Origin: Yuukianura sp. NJ FZ-2021 | Lineage: Eukaryota | DNA length: 64,000 bases | Assembly (NCBI GenBank): GCA_046563655.1 | Contig: CM102287.1 | Location: 10,044,001-10,108,000 of the forward strand | Direction: 5' to 3' | Part shown: in pieces, positions 29,471-46,188 of the stretch | How positions within the stretch are numbered: position 1 is the stretch's first letter | Layout of the letters: the number at the start of each line of letters is the position of its first letter | The notes under the pieces: generated by a model | What the model was told of the DNA's origin: nothing | Seen by the model: only the letters and a program-made list of their open reading frames with translations | Database searches by the model: none | Program-made: the position numbers and the translations under genes

Positions 29471-29776
29471 CAACTCAGAGCCTAAAATTCATGAATCTTT
29501 TCACACGCTTCGTTAATTTCTACATCTTTCTCGCAAAAAAAGCTAAAAATTTTACCTCATCTTTCAAAACAAAAGTCATGCAAGGATAATTACTCAACTA
29601 AAAAGCTTGCCAAAACTGTTCGTTTTGTTTTCAGCAAAACTCTCGTCATTTGTGCAAAAATTAGATAAGACCAGTGTGATAAGATTGGCAATAAATCCCT
29701 CAACAAGTATTGACGATCTTCCCATTCGTCATTATTCGCAAGAAAAAAAGTTGAAAAATTCCGAATTGGTGTCAAA

Positions 29777-31606
29777 ATGCTGCTGAAATCCAGTTTTGGT
29801 CAACTATTGACTTTGTTAGTTCTGTCCTGCGTCTTCCTAAGGTCAGAGGGCGACACTTGTACACCAATCGTTGAAAGCCTAATCGAGAGACTCGGCGGAT
29901 GTGACTCCGTGACATGTCATACTGGACTGAGCCAGAAAACTTGCGAAGATATTGGAGCCGTTCTGGAAGAGGGAGCTGCGATGTGCGGATGTTGTCCAGG
30001 ATGTGTCAAGTACCAACTGAGTAAGATCTAAAAATCATAAATAAATTTTTAGTTATGTGTTAGAAGTTAGTTTATAGCTAAAAGTGTTAATAATTACTTT
30101 TCAGAGTATCTTGAAGAGTGTGATAAATGTGACGAAAAGTATGACTATGATCCGGCATGTACTGACCAGCTCATTTGTCCCATTCTGAAGTGCTGTCCAC
30201 GGGGCCTAGAATGCTTCCACACGGGGTTCAAAGAAATGTGTGTCCCGATGCCTAAGAAACCCGATTGCACTAATAAATGTTTCGTCAAAAGATCACTAAT
30301 TGAATACGAAAATGAATTGTACCAACCGCCACAACTCCGAAACCTTCCAAGCTGTAACGAAGATGGTACGTTTGCTCCAGTCCAATGCAAAGGAACCAAA
30401 AGTGAAGGAGACTGCTACTGCGTCGACGAATGTGGCAAGAGAACGTTCGGACGAGCACTGTACGAAAATGCAGCAAACATGACGTGTGGTAAAGTTTTGT
30501 CCAATTTTGAATTTTCTCCTTCCGCTCCGATAAAACATAGTTGTTGAGAGTTCGTTGATTTTGAAAATTCCAGGATGCTCCACGTTGGTTCACAATCTTC
30601 GAAAAAAGGGCCAAATCGCCACAATTCACTGTACGGAGGATGGAGATTTTGAGCCTCTGCAATGTGACACGGATGTAAATCTTTAGAATTCTGAATGTTA
30701 AAAACTAATTTTAAAGGTTAGTAACTAAATTCATCTTACCAATTTAGAGCGGCCTTTGCTACTGCGTGGATGAAAAGACTGGAAAAACGACTGGAGAAGT
30801 TCTGCCGGAAAATCAGTTTCGGCTTCTCCCTTGCTTCAACGCTTCGGACGAAAATTTTTCAAGTGGGGCAAACTATCTTCGTGTTTGCGAAAGCGAGTGG
30901 GCGGCTGCACAAAAAGTGACGATTGAAGGAGCGATTCATGGACTCAAGTACACTCATACAGCACTTCAATGTGACTTTGACGGTGGATATGCTCCAGTAT
31001 ACTGGGACATGGTGGACACCGTTGGCCAGGATCGTTGTGTCCATCGCTCTGGAGATACACTGGGCAACTACTTCAGATCACACGCTGAAGCGCCTGTCAT
31101 GGACTGCAGTAATTTCAAAATCTGAAAAAAACAAGATTTCGTTATAAAAAAAAACTTACAAACTGTTTTTTGAATTCAGTTTTTCTAAAGACAAGTAACT
31201 TGTTTTGTAGATTGTGCTCGTGACAGCGTTTTCAGAGTTCCGTTTCGCGGAACTTGTCAACAGGAAAACAGGCCAACGAGTACGACAGTATTTCAGGAAG
31301 CTGCTCCAGGCAGTTACAAACCCTATGAATCTGATCAGACAAATGCTTGGTGTGTAGACTTGGACGGCGTAAGATTTTTCAAAATCAATCTCAAATTCAA
31401 AAAAAAAAAGTTCAAAGGTTAACTTAATTTTTGAATTTTTTGTTACATAGTATCCGTATGGTCCAACCATACCGAAAGAATTGATATGCTGTCTTGAAGG
31501 TAGCCAAACCTGTGACGATGCTGATTGGTGTGAGGCTGATCCTGATCAAAACAGACCGTACAAAATCCTGGACTGTTCTCGCTATGAATTAGGACGACAT
31601 TACTAG
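29777..31606 (+). CDS. Secreted cysteine-rich thyroglobulin type-1 repeat protein
   Basis: Signal peptide, then repeated Tg1 motifs: PSCNEDGTFAPVQCKG..CYCVD, CTEDGDFEPLQCD..CYCVD, CDFDGGYAP, AWCVDLDG. The last exon is 31451-31606. Confidence 0.88.
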
Positions 31607-32562
31607 AAACAGAAACCTTAAAAAAAACAAAGTTTAGTAAAAAGTTCAAAATCAAAATTTTAAAATAAACAGATTACACGCCACTTACCACCAATTCCGA
31701 CAGAAAAATCGCTAAGAACTACAATTTCATCACTTTTTACAAAAATTTTTTTTGGCTGCAAATTATTTTTCTAAAACTATTTAAAATTGTGAAATTGAGT
31801 TTACTTTTTAAACGTAGCCGGGTTATAAACTATTGTGAGCACCGAAACTTTTTTCAGCTTTTTGAGACAGATTTTGAACAATTAGCATATAAGCTTGCCG
31901 TTATTTAAAAATTTTAAAAATGTTAGTGCGTTATAAACTCACTGGTTTGTCAGGTACAAAAATACGCATAAGTGAAAGGACAAATATTCAGATACATCAC
32001 AAACCAAAAAAGAATCGAAATTTGTCAAATTTTGGAAAATTAACTAGGAAATTAGAATTTTAAAAGTGAAAGTGAAACTTAAAGTTAGTTTATCACTATT
32101 AAACAAGTTAAGATTCTTAGAAAACGGGGTTAAAAAATTAAAAATTAGGAGTAACATAATGTTGCATTGACTTAAAAAAATTACAGTGCTACCTCTTAAA
32201 TTAATTGCTGTTTACCGCTAATTATAACCTCGAAATTAACAAAACCTCACCCTTCTGATTGTCACTTTTCAAAAATTCATGATTTTCGAAAACAAAATCT
32301 GTTAAATATAACTTTTTCGATCCTATCGTTAACTTATAGCCGTTTTTGCGTCAGTTCTACTGCTTCCCGTTATTGTGTGAGTTTTGCGGAGGAGATTAGA
32401 CATTTTTTGTTCAGAAAATACTGTTTTGGCTCATTGCACAACAAAACGGCAACAATAGACATTAATGTAAAGGATGAGACTTGAGACTGAATGAGTTGCA
32501 TGAATTGTGTGTTTAGAGGCTGACCGTAATTGACCTCGAGGTCACGTGACCTTTGACCTCGG

Positions 32563-35500
32563 TCAATCCGAAGTGATTTCGTCCATTCGACGTCGAATTG
32601 CCAGTTCCACTACTTCGAGACTCGCCCAGTCCAGTTCCGGAATAAGGCAAAGAACGGCTGAAAGGAGATTTGACGTTTTGGATCTCTGGCGTGTCCGAGT
32701 CGTTTCGCTTCTTCCCGAAACGCTGCCCTGCGGAATTCCACGGTTACGCTGCTGTTGTTGTTGCATTTCCGAGTCGTAGTATTGCTGGACTCGTTCATAG
32801 TCGGAAGCAAACTCGGCTACTCGTCTTCCTCCATTTCTTCCCGTCATTGGATATCCATCTTCCGGACTTTGTCTCTAAAAGTTCAAAAATTCAACAAACT
32901 TACTCAAAATTCAACTTTTAAACTAAAGTTACTAAAATTTCAGAAAAGCAAAGAAGCTGAATTCTACCGGCCCATCGGAAAGTGGTGGATTTGCTGGAAT
33001 CGGAGCAACATGACCCAGCGGCGGACTGTTTGAGTGAGTAGAATGAGAATCAGCTGACGAGACGCCGCTGTCCCGCCTTCCAGGGATTAGTGGGCCAGTG
33101 TTACTGTTAGCATTGGTAATGAGCGTATTGTTGTTATGATGACTGTGGGTGGTTTTAGGAAGAGAGGGTGGACTTAGCTCAGCCGATTTCAACACAGTTT
33201 GACTCTCCTGTAACATTAAAAGTTAGTTAATTGTTAGAAAAGCGACCTTTGACCTTCACCGACAACAAAAAGCTAAGCAATAAAAATTAATTTTACATTT
33301 TGATAATGATATTCCAAATGTGGTGGAGATCGTCTCATTTCCATCGTTTCTTCATCAGAAGCTACTGCTGAAACTCGAAAATTCCCTCCAGGAGGTGGAC
33401 TGTCGTCGTAGTAAGTCACAGTTTCTGGAGAACGTCCCTGAAAATCAAAAGTTCAAGGTCAAGGGTCAACAAAAATTTTGACTTTTTTGAAAATTTTGAA
33501 AAAATATATGGTTTCAACTTACTTTTGTGTTGGTCGAGAGCGGATGTTCCAGCAAAAGTCCAGTTTTCATGGCCAACTCCACTTCTTCTGCTGTGACCAC
33601 CGCAGTATCCAGTATTTCGAGGTTGGGCAAAGCTCTAATGACGGTGGCTCGGTACAAGTGACCAGCAGTATCCACACAAGGATTTTCAGACAGAAGGAGG
33701 CGACGGAGACGCGGCAAGTCTTGCAAATAACAAATTTCAGACAAATCCCGGATTTCATTTCGACGAACATAAAGTTCAACCAGGTTTCCACAAAACTGAA
33801 AGTCAGCCAACGTCGAAATATTGTTGAGACTGAAAAAACAAAAACAAAAATTAAATGACGAAAAAACCAAAAAATTTCAAAATCATCAAAAACTGTTCCC
33901 TCTTCAACGCCATTCGCTCAAAACACATACGTTTTTTGTCACGCCTGCTTGACTCAGATTTCACATTTTTTTAAATAAAAATTACAAAAACTAGTTAGAA
34001 AGAAACATAAAAAAGTTCCAAACATTTTTCTAAAAATTTTCGTTTTTGAAGATTTCATCAAAAACTTTTCCTTTTCCAACGCCATTCGGTCAAAACGCAT
34101 GAGTTTGTGCGTCCCAGATTTCATAAATTGGTCTTTTGGTTTGCTAAAAAAAGAAATCTGTTCGACTACCGTTAATTTTCATGAGTTTTTCCCGTTGACC
34201 AATTTTGTCAAAATGAGTTTTACTAAAAGCATCATTCAGTGAGTAGTAAAGTAAAAGAGTACAGTTGTATCACTCACATCAAATTCAAAATTGCTCCAAC
34301 ATTTCCCAACTAAAGCGAAACATTGTCTTTTTGCCTTTCAAAACATAAAATGAGCAATTCACCACTGCAATTTCCGCTGCCAAATCCTTAAAAGTCAGTT
34401 TCAAGTCCCCTTTCACAACTTCAAAAAAAAAAGTCTTGGCTTGACCAGTCATGCAAAGACAATTTAATGGATCTTTTGCTATTATCCAAAAAAAGTGAAA
34501 AAAAAAAGTAAAAATTTCACGAATTTTTCATTCTCTCATCTCTGATTTTTACAATTTCCTAAATCATGTTTCTCTACACGCAGGACAACACGCAATCTGC
34601 AACAATTTCGCATTTTTTTTTAATTTTACAGCTAAAAAGCAGAAACCAGAAAGAAAAGTTCAAATTTCAAAAATTCAGAAACGTTGGCCTTCAAACTATA
34701 GAAGTTTCAAATAATCGAAACTTCTAATAATTGAAACTTCAATTAATCGAAACTTCGATTAATCGATTATTTCTAACTTTTAATTAACTTGAATTAAAGA
34801 TGGAGAAACAGCAGTCGAAAATCGGTCTCCGCCTACATATTCTGCGAACTTCGAAAACAAAATTTTCTGGAAAATAGAGAAAAGTGACGGAAGATAAGAT
34901 TCGAAAAGCCTAATACAAAAATCAATAGAGTGAAAAAATTGGGAGTGGACTCAATTTTGCGTATTTTTTGGACAACAGCTTTCCATTTAGGGCAAATTTC
35001 ACCTTGAAACTAAAATTCTCACCTCCACTAACTTTTTTTAACTCTGTAAAATTAAGAACTAAACTTTTATAGGATTGTTTTGCTAGTACTGGATCCAGGA
35101 AAAACAAACGCTATGCACATTAAACGCTGAATTTGAGATTAATGTTGTCGATTACTCAGCATTTCTTTGAAGGATCTTCAGTTTTTTCTTATGTAACTTA
35201 ACACGTTAAAAATTGTGATTGTATGCAAAATAAGTGATTCAGGCGTGGAGAGACAGGTTAGGTTGGATTCCTGATTCTTTGCCAAAACCCACGCACTTAA
35301 CTTTTAAAAAATTCTCACACTAAAAACTAAATCTACCAAACCAGCATAGCGTGTAGGATTCCTTTCGTATCTGGTTTTCCTTTTAAGCAAAACTTCAAGA
35401 GTGCTCTTCATTTCTCTCTTACAACGAAAAAACAAACAAGTCCTCCAAATAACCAAAAATGTTAAGTTAGAGATGAACATTTTCAATTTCATTGGGATTG

Positions 35501-35955
35501 CACAACCACGAGGGTGGTGTTTAGTAATTGGCACTTTGGAATAAAAACAAAAGCTAAACTTTGACCTTCTAAACCACAAGGTTAATGGAATTGCTACTTT
35601 TGACCCAAGGAAAGGAAGGAGATGTGCATGAAAGGAAAAACATGAAAGTTGAATTGAGGAATGGAAGATCACATAATTGTAAAATGTTTGAGAGCAATCG
35701 TACCTTAGAGACAGGACTTCCACATTTCCGAATCTCCGAATAACGCTGATGTCAGAGAGCTCCGATCCCCAGCAATTGAACTTCTTAACGGAATTGAGGT
35801 CAGAGGTCTTTGTCCGAGCTAGAAGAGACACAGAAATAAACAGCTTTGAATTTGATGTCAACGGAACAGACACTTATGATCCGAAATATTGTTTGGAACG
35901 GTGGCGTACCAATGACCATGTCTTCTGTTAGCTTCTTCGCCGGCATGTTGGGCAT
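32563..35955 (-). CDS. CFAP410: Cilia- and flagella-associated protein 410 / C21orf2-like LRR protein
   Basis: [33 protein letters not shown]...VEVLSLSLNNISTL...ELYVRRNEI...LSENPC...YRATVIRALPNLEILD. The conserved C-terminal NLLSAVLCLIPELD is also present. Confidence 0.92.
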
Positions 35956-37414
35956 ATTCCTTCCCCCCAAGCACCAGCAGTCCTTGGTTCAATTTTGACT
36001 GAAGCGGAATGTTAAGCACTTCTGGAACTGAGCGAGTCCAATGTCAGCATTCAGCAACAAACAGCACCCACTGGAATTTCAAAACAAAACAAAAAGTCAC
36101 AGTCTTGTTGTTGTTTCTCAGGAATCGTTATCCTAACGACGGTTGTCAAGGACGTTGCTTGGGGACTGAGATTACTTTTGTGCATTATGAGTATGACACA
36201 AGTTTTCCAAACATTTTTGGATTCTACACACGTTATGAGCTGCCTTTTGTTAGAGTAAATTGAAATGTTCAATCCAAAACACAGGAAACGGAAGTTAAAC
36301 TTAGAACGGCCATTGTACGGCACACAGAACAGTATGATTGTGGTTGTGAAAAGGCAAAAGGAGAGCAACGAAGAGCGATGACGATGACAGTGTCCAACCG
36401 ATTCGTCATGCGACACAGCTCAGCTTACCACCGTGACAAATCTGCAATGCATAAGATCTCGATGTCTATGAGATGATTATTATTGCTAAGGAGGACAATT
36501 GAACTTACTGGACGTTTCTCCAGTGACATCGATGTCTCCAGATTGGATTAATGAAAGACCCGTCGTCAATTGGTTCAATTAACTAATGAATTCAATTGTC
36601 CCTGTCCTAGTGTCATCAATTAACCAACCACCAACACCAACCAACAACAGAAACGTAACTGACTCACTCAGCAGGAGAGGAGCTGTTGACAAAACAAAAG
36701 TCAAATTCTTTGTGTTGATTAAAAAAAAAAGAATTTTCACACCTACAGAGTCTGACTAAAAGCTACCACAAGTGTGTCAAAGTCACCTTGCCTAACAGAG
36801 CTGGGCAAATAAACCTAAATAAACTTTTGATTTGTAAGTGATGAAATATTAAATAATTAAATATTTTTTATATATAAATAAATAAACAAATACTTAAACA
36901 TTTTAGGACTAATTATTATTTGAATTAAGTAGTTGTAAGTTTAATTGTTGACGTTTGACAGTGTCCACTTATGTTTGGTATGTGGGTGGTGGAGTGGAGA
37001 ACCTTTTGTCCAACTTGTTTACAGTGAAAGGAAATGCCATTGCGAAACACTTGTTTTGGCAACGACAAAACATAATTTTACAGTTGCAAAACATGTTTTG
37101 GAATGCCAATGTCTGGCTAACTGTAGTTGCAAAATTGCGAAACAACCGGCTTCAAATTCCGTCGTGCAAAAAGATAAAAAAAAAGTACTAAACTTGTTAA
37201 TTTTCTCAATTACTAATTAAATTGAAACCGATTTGCTAATTAACAGTCGATTTGCGTAAACATAAGTTGTTTTTTTTGAAAACGACAAGGGGCAAGTGTA
37301 GCAGCGAGTGTAAACTAGACCCCCCACTCCCTCCAGCTGACACTTCAACAATCATCGATTGTCAATTCCTTTGTGACGAGACGAGCTGTGTTAATTGGTT
37401 TAAGTTTTTACAAA

Positions 37415-38101
37415 ATGGCTACGTCTGAAGCTATGGAGGTTCAAGAGAAGATGCAAAAGGCAATGAAGGAAATGGTTAATGAACTGGACAAGTCAAGACT
37501 CAGGAAGATTCAGGTTAGCCAAACAGCATTCCGAGACAAAGAAAAATTACAGAAAAATTCTTGTCTACTTGCCTAATTGATTAATGGTTTTGGTGTTTCC
37601 AGCTACAAATGCATCAGTGTGCAGCCAAATGTTGTCAAAATGAATCCGCCAGCCTAGAACAAGCTCAGCATTGTGTCGAAAACTGCTCCACGACAGTCCA
37701 GGCAGCTCATAACTACGTTCAGCACGAGATTAGCCAATTCCAGGTGAACTTTGCACGAGACAAAAATACTTCTGCACATTACTTGAATAAGCTCTATAAT
37801 CTAATTGAAAATTATGCAGGAACGGATCCAGCGGTGTATTATGGACTGTCAAGACCGTGCTAAAGATCAACTGAGCCCAGATGCTTCAGACCGTGAAGTA
37901 TGTCTCCAAAGTTTATACAGACTACGAATGAATATTGTTTAATGTACACTGGAAGGAAATGATGACTGATGTTTAATTGAATAGGTGGAGAAGACAAAGT
38001 CACAGTTCGAGTCTTGTGCCATCAAGTGTGCCAATGACCACATAGCTCTAATTCCCAACTTAGTCAAGAAAATGCAAAAAGCCTTGGACATGATGAAGTG
38101 A
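37415..38101 (+). CDS. FAM136A: FAM136A-like protein; exons 37415-37513, 37603-37743, 37820-37897, 37985-38101
   Basis: LRKIQLQMHQCAAKCC...QHCVENC...FQERIQRCIMDCQD...FESCAIKCANDHI gives the twin-CX3C pattern of the family. Confidence 0.9.
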
Positions 38102-38875
38102 CAGACATCGGAGTCTAACCTCAGCCTTCGGTCAGACCATTTTGTTAATTAGTCATAATTTATCGTAATTATGTAGTGTTCCTCCACATTGAATTTCAAA
38201 CGACAGAACACACGTGACAAATTAAGCAGGTTAACGTCATTAACGTCAATTAAAATTCAAATGTCAATCACACTTTGGCCAAATAGCAAGATTAATTTTT
38301 TTTTGAATTTTCATTGTTTCGCTAGTCCCCGGCCCTAAAACGTTTATTTTTCGTCGACAAAGGGCTTAAATCTTTTAAGTTAAAAAGCATAACGTCATGT
38401 CCAAAAATTTTGTGGAATAATCAGTAATTGCTAGAAAAAATTATGAATTGTGCAAATTTTTGTCACAAGGTCGCCTTTTTTTATGCGAAGTTGTGCAGAG
38501 TTGAGTGTTTTTTAGTTTTCCCCTTGCGCATACACGAATAGAGTCCATGTGCGAATGCTTACTACGTGAAAGAATCATATGATTTCTTCTGGATTTACAA
38601 ATACAACGGTTCATATCCAGGCTAAGCAAGTTTTGTAGGCTAATCTGTCCACTTGAGCTTGTGCTCTCCGAGAGAACTGAACAACAACAGATAAAGGAGT
38701 AGTAAGTTAATCTAAATTTAACTTTTAACAATAATTACTTTTTTACCAGTCTCATTTTATAACTCGTAACTCTTTCTCTCACTTTCAGTTCCTCAAACTG
38801 TGTCACTTCATCAACACTCAACACTCAACATAAGCTGTGCACTTATAAAAGGAACTGCGACACTTTGATCAACGC

Positions 38876-42509
<3,634 letters not shown>

Positions 42510-42994
42510 TAGTCATGTCATAAACTTCGTACAGGTTATGTTCATGTAATTAGTTTGTTAATTGAATGTTACATTTAGTTCCAACTCCAAGTCATGTTCA
42601 TGATGCATTTGGAACATGACAAGTAAAGGAATATGTAATTGAACTGTGGATAAGCATTCGTCTTGTCAGTTTGTGTCTTTTGGCCTTGACGGAAGGGGAG
42701 GGACGAGACACTGGGTTTGTCCACGTTGTCACCCCTTTTCACCTTGTCACCTCCATTCAAGGTGTAGGCTAATGTTGGACTAGAAGGGAGGATGGACGGA
42801 GGTTGAATGGTCAGACGTCATCAAGATCTTGGACGACTTAGACGTGATCAAGAATCTACTGAAAAGTGTGCAGAGAACTGAGAACTGTAAGTTTTAAACC
42901 GGAAGTTTCGTTCACGTTAAGTGAGGTTCCTTTCCACGACGTTAATACTAACTTCATTTGATTCTATTTTTGACTTTAGAATTCGGATCATAAG

Positions 42995-43682
42995 ATGGCT
43001 CACCACAACCTGGACACATTCGCAATGCGTTTCCTTGAGTACAGGGGAAAGGTTAGGCCGCCCCTGTACGCCGTGATTAAGATGCTTGAAAAGCTGCAAG
43101 TTCATAACAATGTGGAGCTCATTAGCCGCCGAGAAGAAAGTCTTACCGGGATGATCAGTGCTTACAATCAATTAAGACAGAGAAAGGAGTGCGCAGGACT
43201 TGCAGGTTAATTAATACTCTCAATATGAAACGAGGCAGCTTTAGTAGGGAACACTTTATAATTTCTGTTCTTTGATTGTGTATTTTATTAGATGGGACTG
43301 ATCTCGAAGATCCATTGTCCACGAAGGAAGTGTCTGAGTGGATTCAATCCCTCATTCCCAAAATTAGATCAGCCCTGCGTGATTTTAAAAACAGTGAGGC
43401 AGGATGGGGCAACGTACAATTCCACAAGAAGATAGAAAATGGGGCCTTAGCAGTGGAAGATCCAAAGGGGCACATTGAGCTTTTGGGACGACTGTTCTGG
43501 GAATTAGATGAGTTTTGCGATGTCATAGTTGGTCCCGTTACTGGAGGTATGTCAATCTTTCCAGCATATCCTGTGATTGCCGCATGAATCTCATTGGTTT
43601 TGGTCCAAATTGCATGTTTAGCTTCAGTTTAATATATTTTGCATAATATATTTCAGTGGTTGAGCTTGTTCCGGAGGAGTGA
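42995..43682 (+). CDS. Uncharacterised protein, paralog A; exons 42995-43205, 43292-43546, terminal exon 43657-43682 (or 43810-43832)
   Basis: In-phase splice sites and clear similarity to the gene at 47392-48233. No recognised domain. Confidence 0.65.
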
Positions 43683-44061
43683 AATGCATGCTTCCCCCCC
43701 ATGACTCCATGGACGAACTATTTTACGCTCACTCTGTCCCTTTCAACTTATGACCTCAACCTTCTATTTTATTTGACCTTGATTTAGTTGACTGCTTTAT
43801 TTATTTTAGGTTCTGGTAGTCCTCGTCAGTGAAGGGCACCCACGGAAACCCACCTCCACCTCATGCCTTAAATTCTTCAAAAATACTAAATTCCAAAACT
43901 TCTAATGCCCATGTGTGCTGAATTTAGGGTGTCTGTAAGGTGTAAAACTTATTGAATTCGATACATAAAATAAATTATTTGCCAGAGACACTGTATTGAA
44001 TCTAAATTCTAAACTACTACATAATTCATTAAAAGTTCTTGTACTGCGATACTGCGAAAGT

Positions 44062-46188
44062 ATGAGTGACCCTCCTGTTGCACGGGGTCAACATTCGGAA
44101 GGAACGTCCACCAAATCCATGTCTGTATTTGTATGGCAACCTGGAGATTCGACCTTCCAGAACGGAGGTCATACAAAGGTCATTACTTTTCCAGCAGTTA
44201 CACTCGTAGTGGTAGCATTTGTGTTCATAGTCGTCGCTTTCTCCACTCCAGCTTGGCTCGAAACGGACGGAGAACTTCCGGAACGGGAACCAAAGTTCAT
44301 CAAAATCGGTAAGTTTCAATTTACGCATCCTATAATTAATTTTTTTTTTTGTGAATACTCAATTAATTCAAATCGCATTCATTGGTTAATTTCATCTTTG
44401 TTGCTCATTCAGGGTTGTGGGAAGGGTGCTTTGATCGTTTACAAGACGATGGACACCAGTACGACAACGTCATTACTGGATGTTGGTACTTATTGGCAGA
44501 GGAACTCTACCACCTCAACGACCTCATTTTTCAACGTAAGACCATTTTCCGCATCTAAAAATCAATGCTCGGTCCAGATCAATTTTAACCCATAACATAA
44601 GACGAGGTCAGGTCAATCGAAAACATCCACAATTCGTTTTTTTTTGTCAACAACCTGTCCGGCCCCACCCTCCTAGTATATCCATACCCATTGTTGTGCT
44701 TTTACTCTGTCCACATTCCATTCCACCACCCATTCACCTGTATACCTGTTGGTACCGTTGTTTGGATTCTACAGATCTTAAGCCCTATACCCACCGACGA
44801 CCCTCCCTGGGTCTTTCTCTGCAATTCCAATTTTAGAGCGAGTCATAAACAGTCGAAATGCACAACAAATTAAATATTTCACACCCTTTTCCAACGTTCT
44901 TAACGTTCCGCAATTAACAATTATGATTCAGCTCCATCTCTAACATGTTACTAATTCCGTGTGCAGTTTTTGAATTAAGGGAATTGTAATTCGTCGTAAC
45001 TCTCTTTTCTTGTCGAGTGACACTTCCAACCGTTTTTATCTCTGCAGTCACTCTTTGTCATCAGTCGAGGTGACAAGAGGTCAAGTAAGGTCGGATTAAG
45101 TCTAATTTAGTAATTTATTTTTAAAAAGTGGGATATTTTACTAGTACTTTTTGTTGAAAAGCGGATTTGGAAAGGTATGCATTCTTACCGTGCAGATTAC
45201 CCTGTCACTTTTCACCCTCACCGGACACATCCAATTCGGTCCATCATGATGGACGACTACTTGGACTCTTACAATCCCATTCGACGCACAATGTCCGGAA
45301 GGTGTGGCCTTGGAATCTTCGTCCTAGCTACACTTCTTATTACAATTGCCTTTTCTACCCCATATTGGCTCGAAAGTGACCCCAGAATTGTGGGCTCAAA
45401 GTTTGAAAAGCTTGGACTTTGGACGCATTGTTTTCGGTCCTTGCCGGACCCTTATGTCCAAACCCTCAATCGATTCTATTCTGGGTGTCGATGGATTTTT
45501 GATCCCTTTACAACAGGCTACTCCGAAATCCGTGGATTTTTGGTTCCACGTAAGAAACGTCTTTAAAACGTTTATGAAATTTCGAATATTTTCAAATTTT
45601 GAACCTTATGCTGTTACGATTGGAAATTATGGACATAATTTTGATCTGGACTGAGCAGGCTTCTTAATTTCAAAATCAATTTTCGAAATGTTTAAAATAA
45701 ATTTTTCTGTTTTCAGCTTTCTTCGTTGCAGTTCAATTTTTCTTTACGATTTGCTTCATTACGCTCCTCATGGTTTGCATCCTGGTGCCGATGTACTTGC
45801 TATGTTTCGGACCGGACCATCAGTACTACGTACTTCTCATCAAAGTCATCGGGATGATCCTCATCTTCTCAGGTTAGTCACAAAGTGATTCATAACCGAA
45901 ACCTAACTTTATTACTGTGATTTATTATTAATTTGTGTCTCTTTTTGTTGCTTTTTAGCATTCTTTGGGTCTGTGGCGGTGATTGTGTTTGGAGCAATGG
46001 GGGACAGCAGACACTGGATGCCTGACTGGCAGAACAACTACTTGTCCTGGTCATTTGCTCTGGCTGTTGTGGGGGTCGTTTGTGAATATGTGGCTGGGAT
46101 TTTATTTTTGGTCGAAGGCAGAGTTCAAGCTCGCAAGAGGAAACTACGTGAGTCTCAGTCGGCCTATACAATGGAGACGAAGGCCTGA
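44062..46188 (+). CDS. Claudin isoform A (Kune-kune-like N-terminal half); exons 44062-44308, 44413-44535, shared 45717-45872, 45959-46188
   Basis: TM1 followed by AFSTPAWLETDG..PKFIKIGLWEGCF..YDNVITGCWYLLAEELYHL, the claudin W-GLW-C-C signature. The phase-1 donor at 44535 fits the shared acceptor at 45717. Confidence 0.7.
45246..46188 (+). CDS. sinu: Claudin isoform B (Sinuous-like); exons ~45246-45549, 45717-45872, 45959-46188
   Basis: RRTMSGRCGLGIF...WLESDPRIVGSKFEKLGLWTHCFRSLPD...GCRWIFDPFTTGYSEIRGFL closely resembles Drosophila Sinuous. The start could be at 45177, 45246 or 45291. Confidence 0.88.

Noticed and set aside
35304..35700. Long ORF extension after the CFAP410 exon
   Set aside because: A donor at about 35703 ends the exon. 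The remainder is intronic and non-homologous.
38099..38152. TGA-C stop of FAM136A (also chitinase and CFAP410) as readthrough candidates
   Set aside because: The downstream frames are short or low-complexity with no motif, unlike the claudin case.
42772..42886. Possible coding first exon of orphan paralog A
   Set aside because: The ATG is followed by an in-frame TAG, and the paralogous exon has stops too. Treated as 5' UTR.
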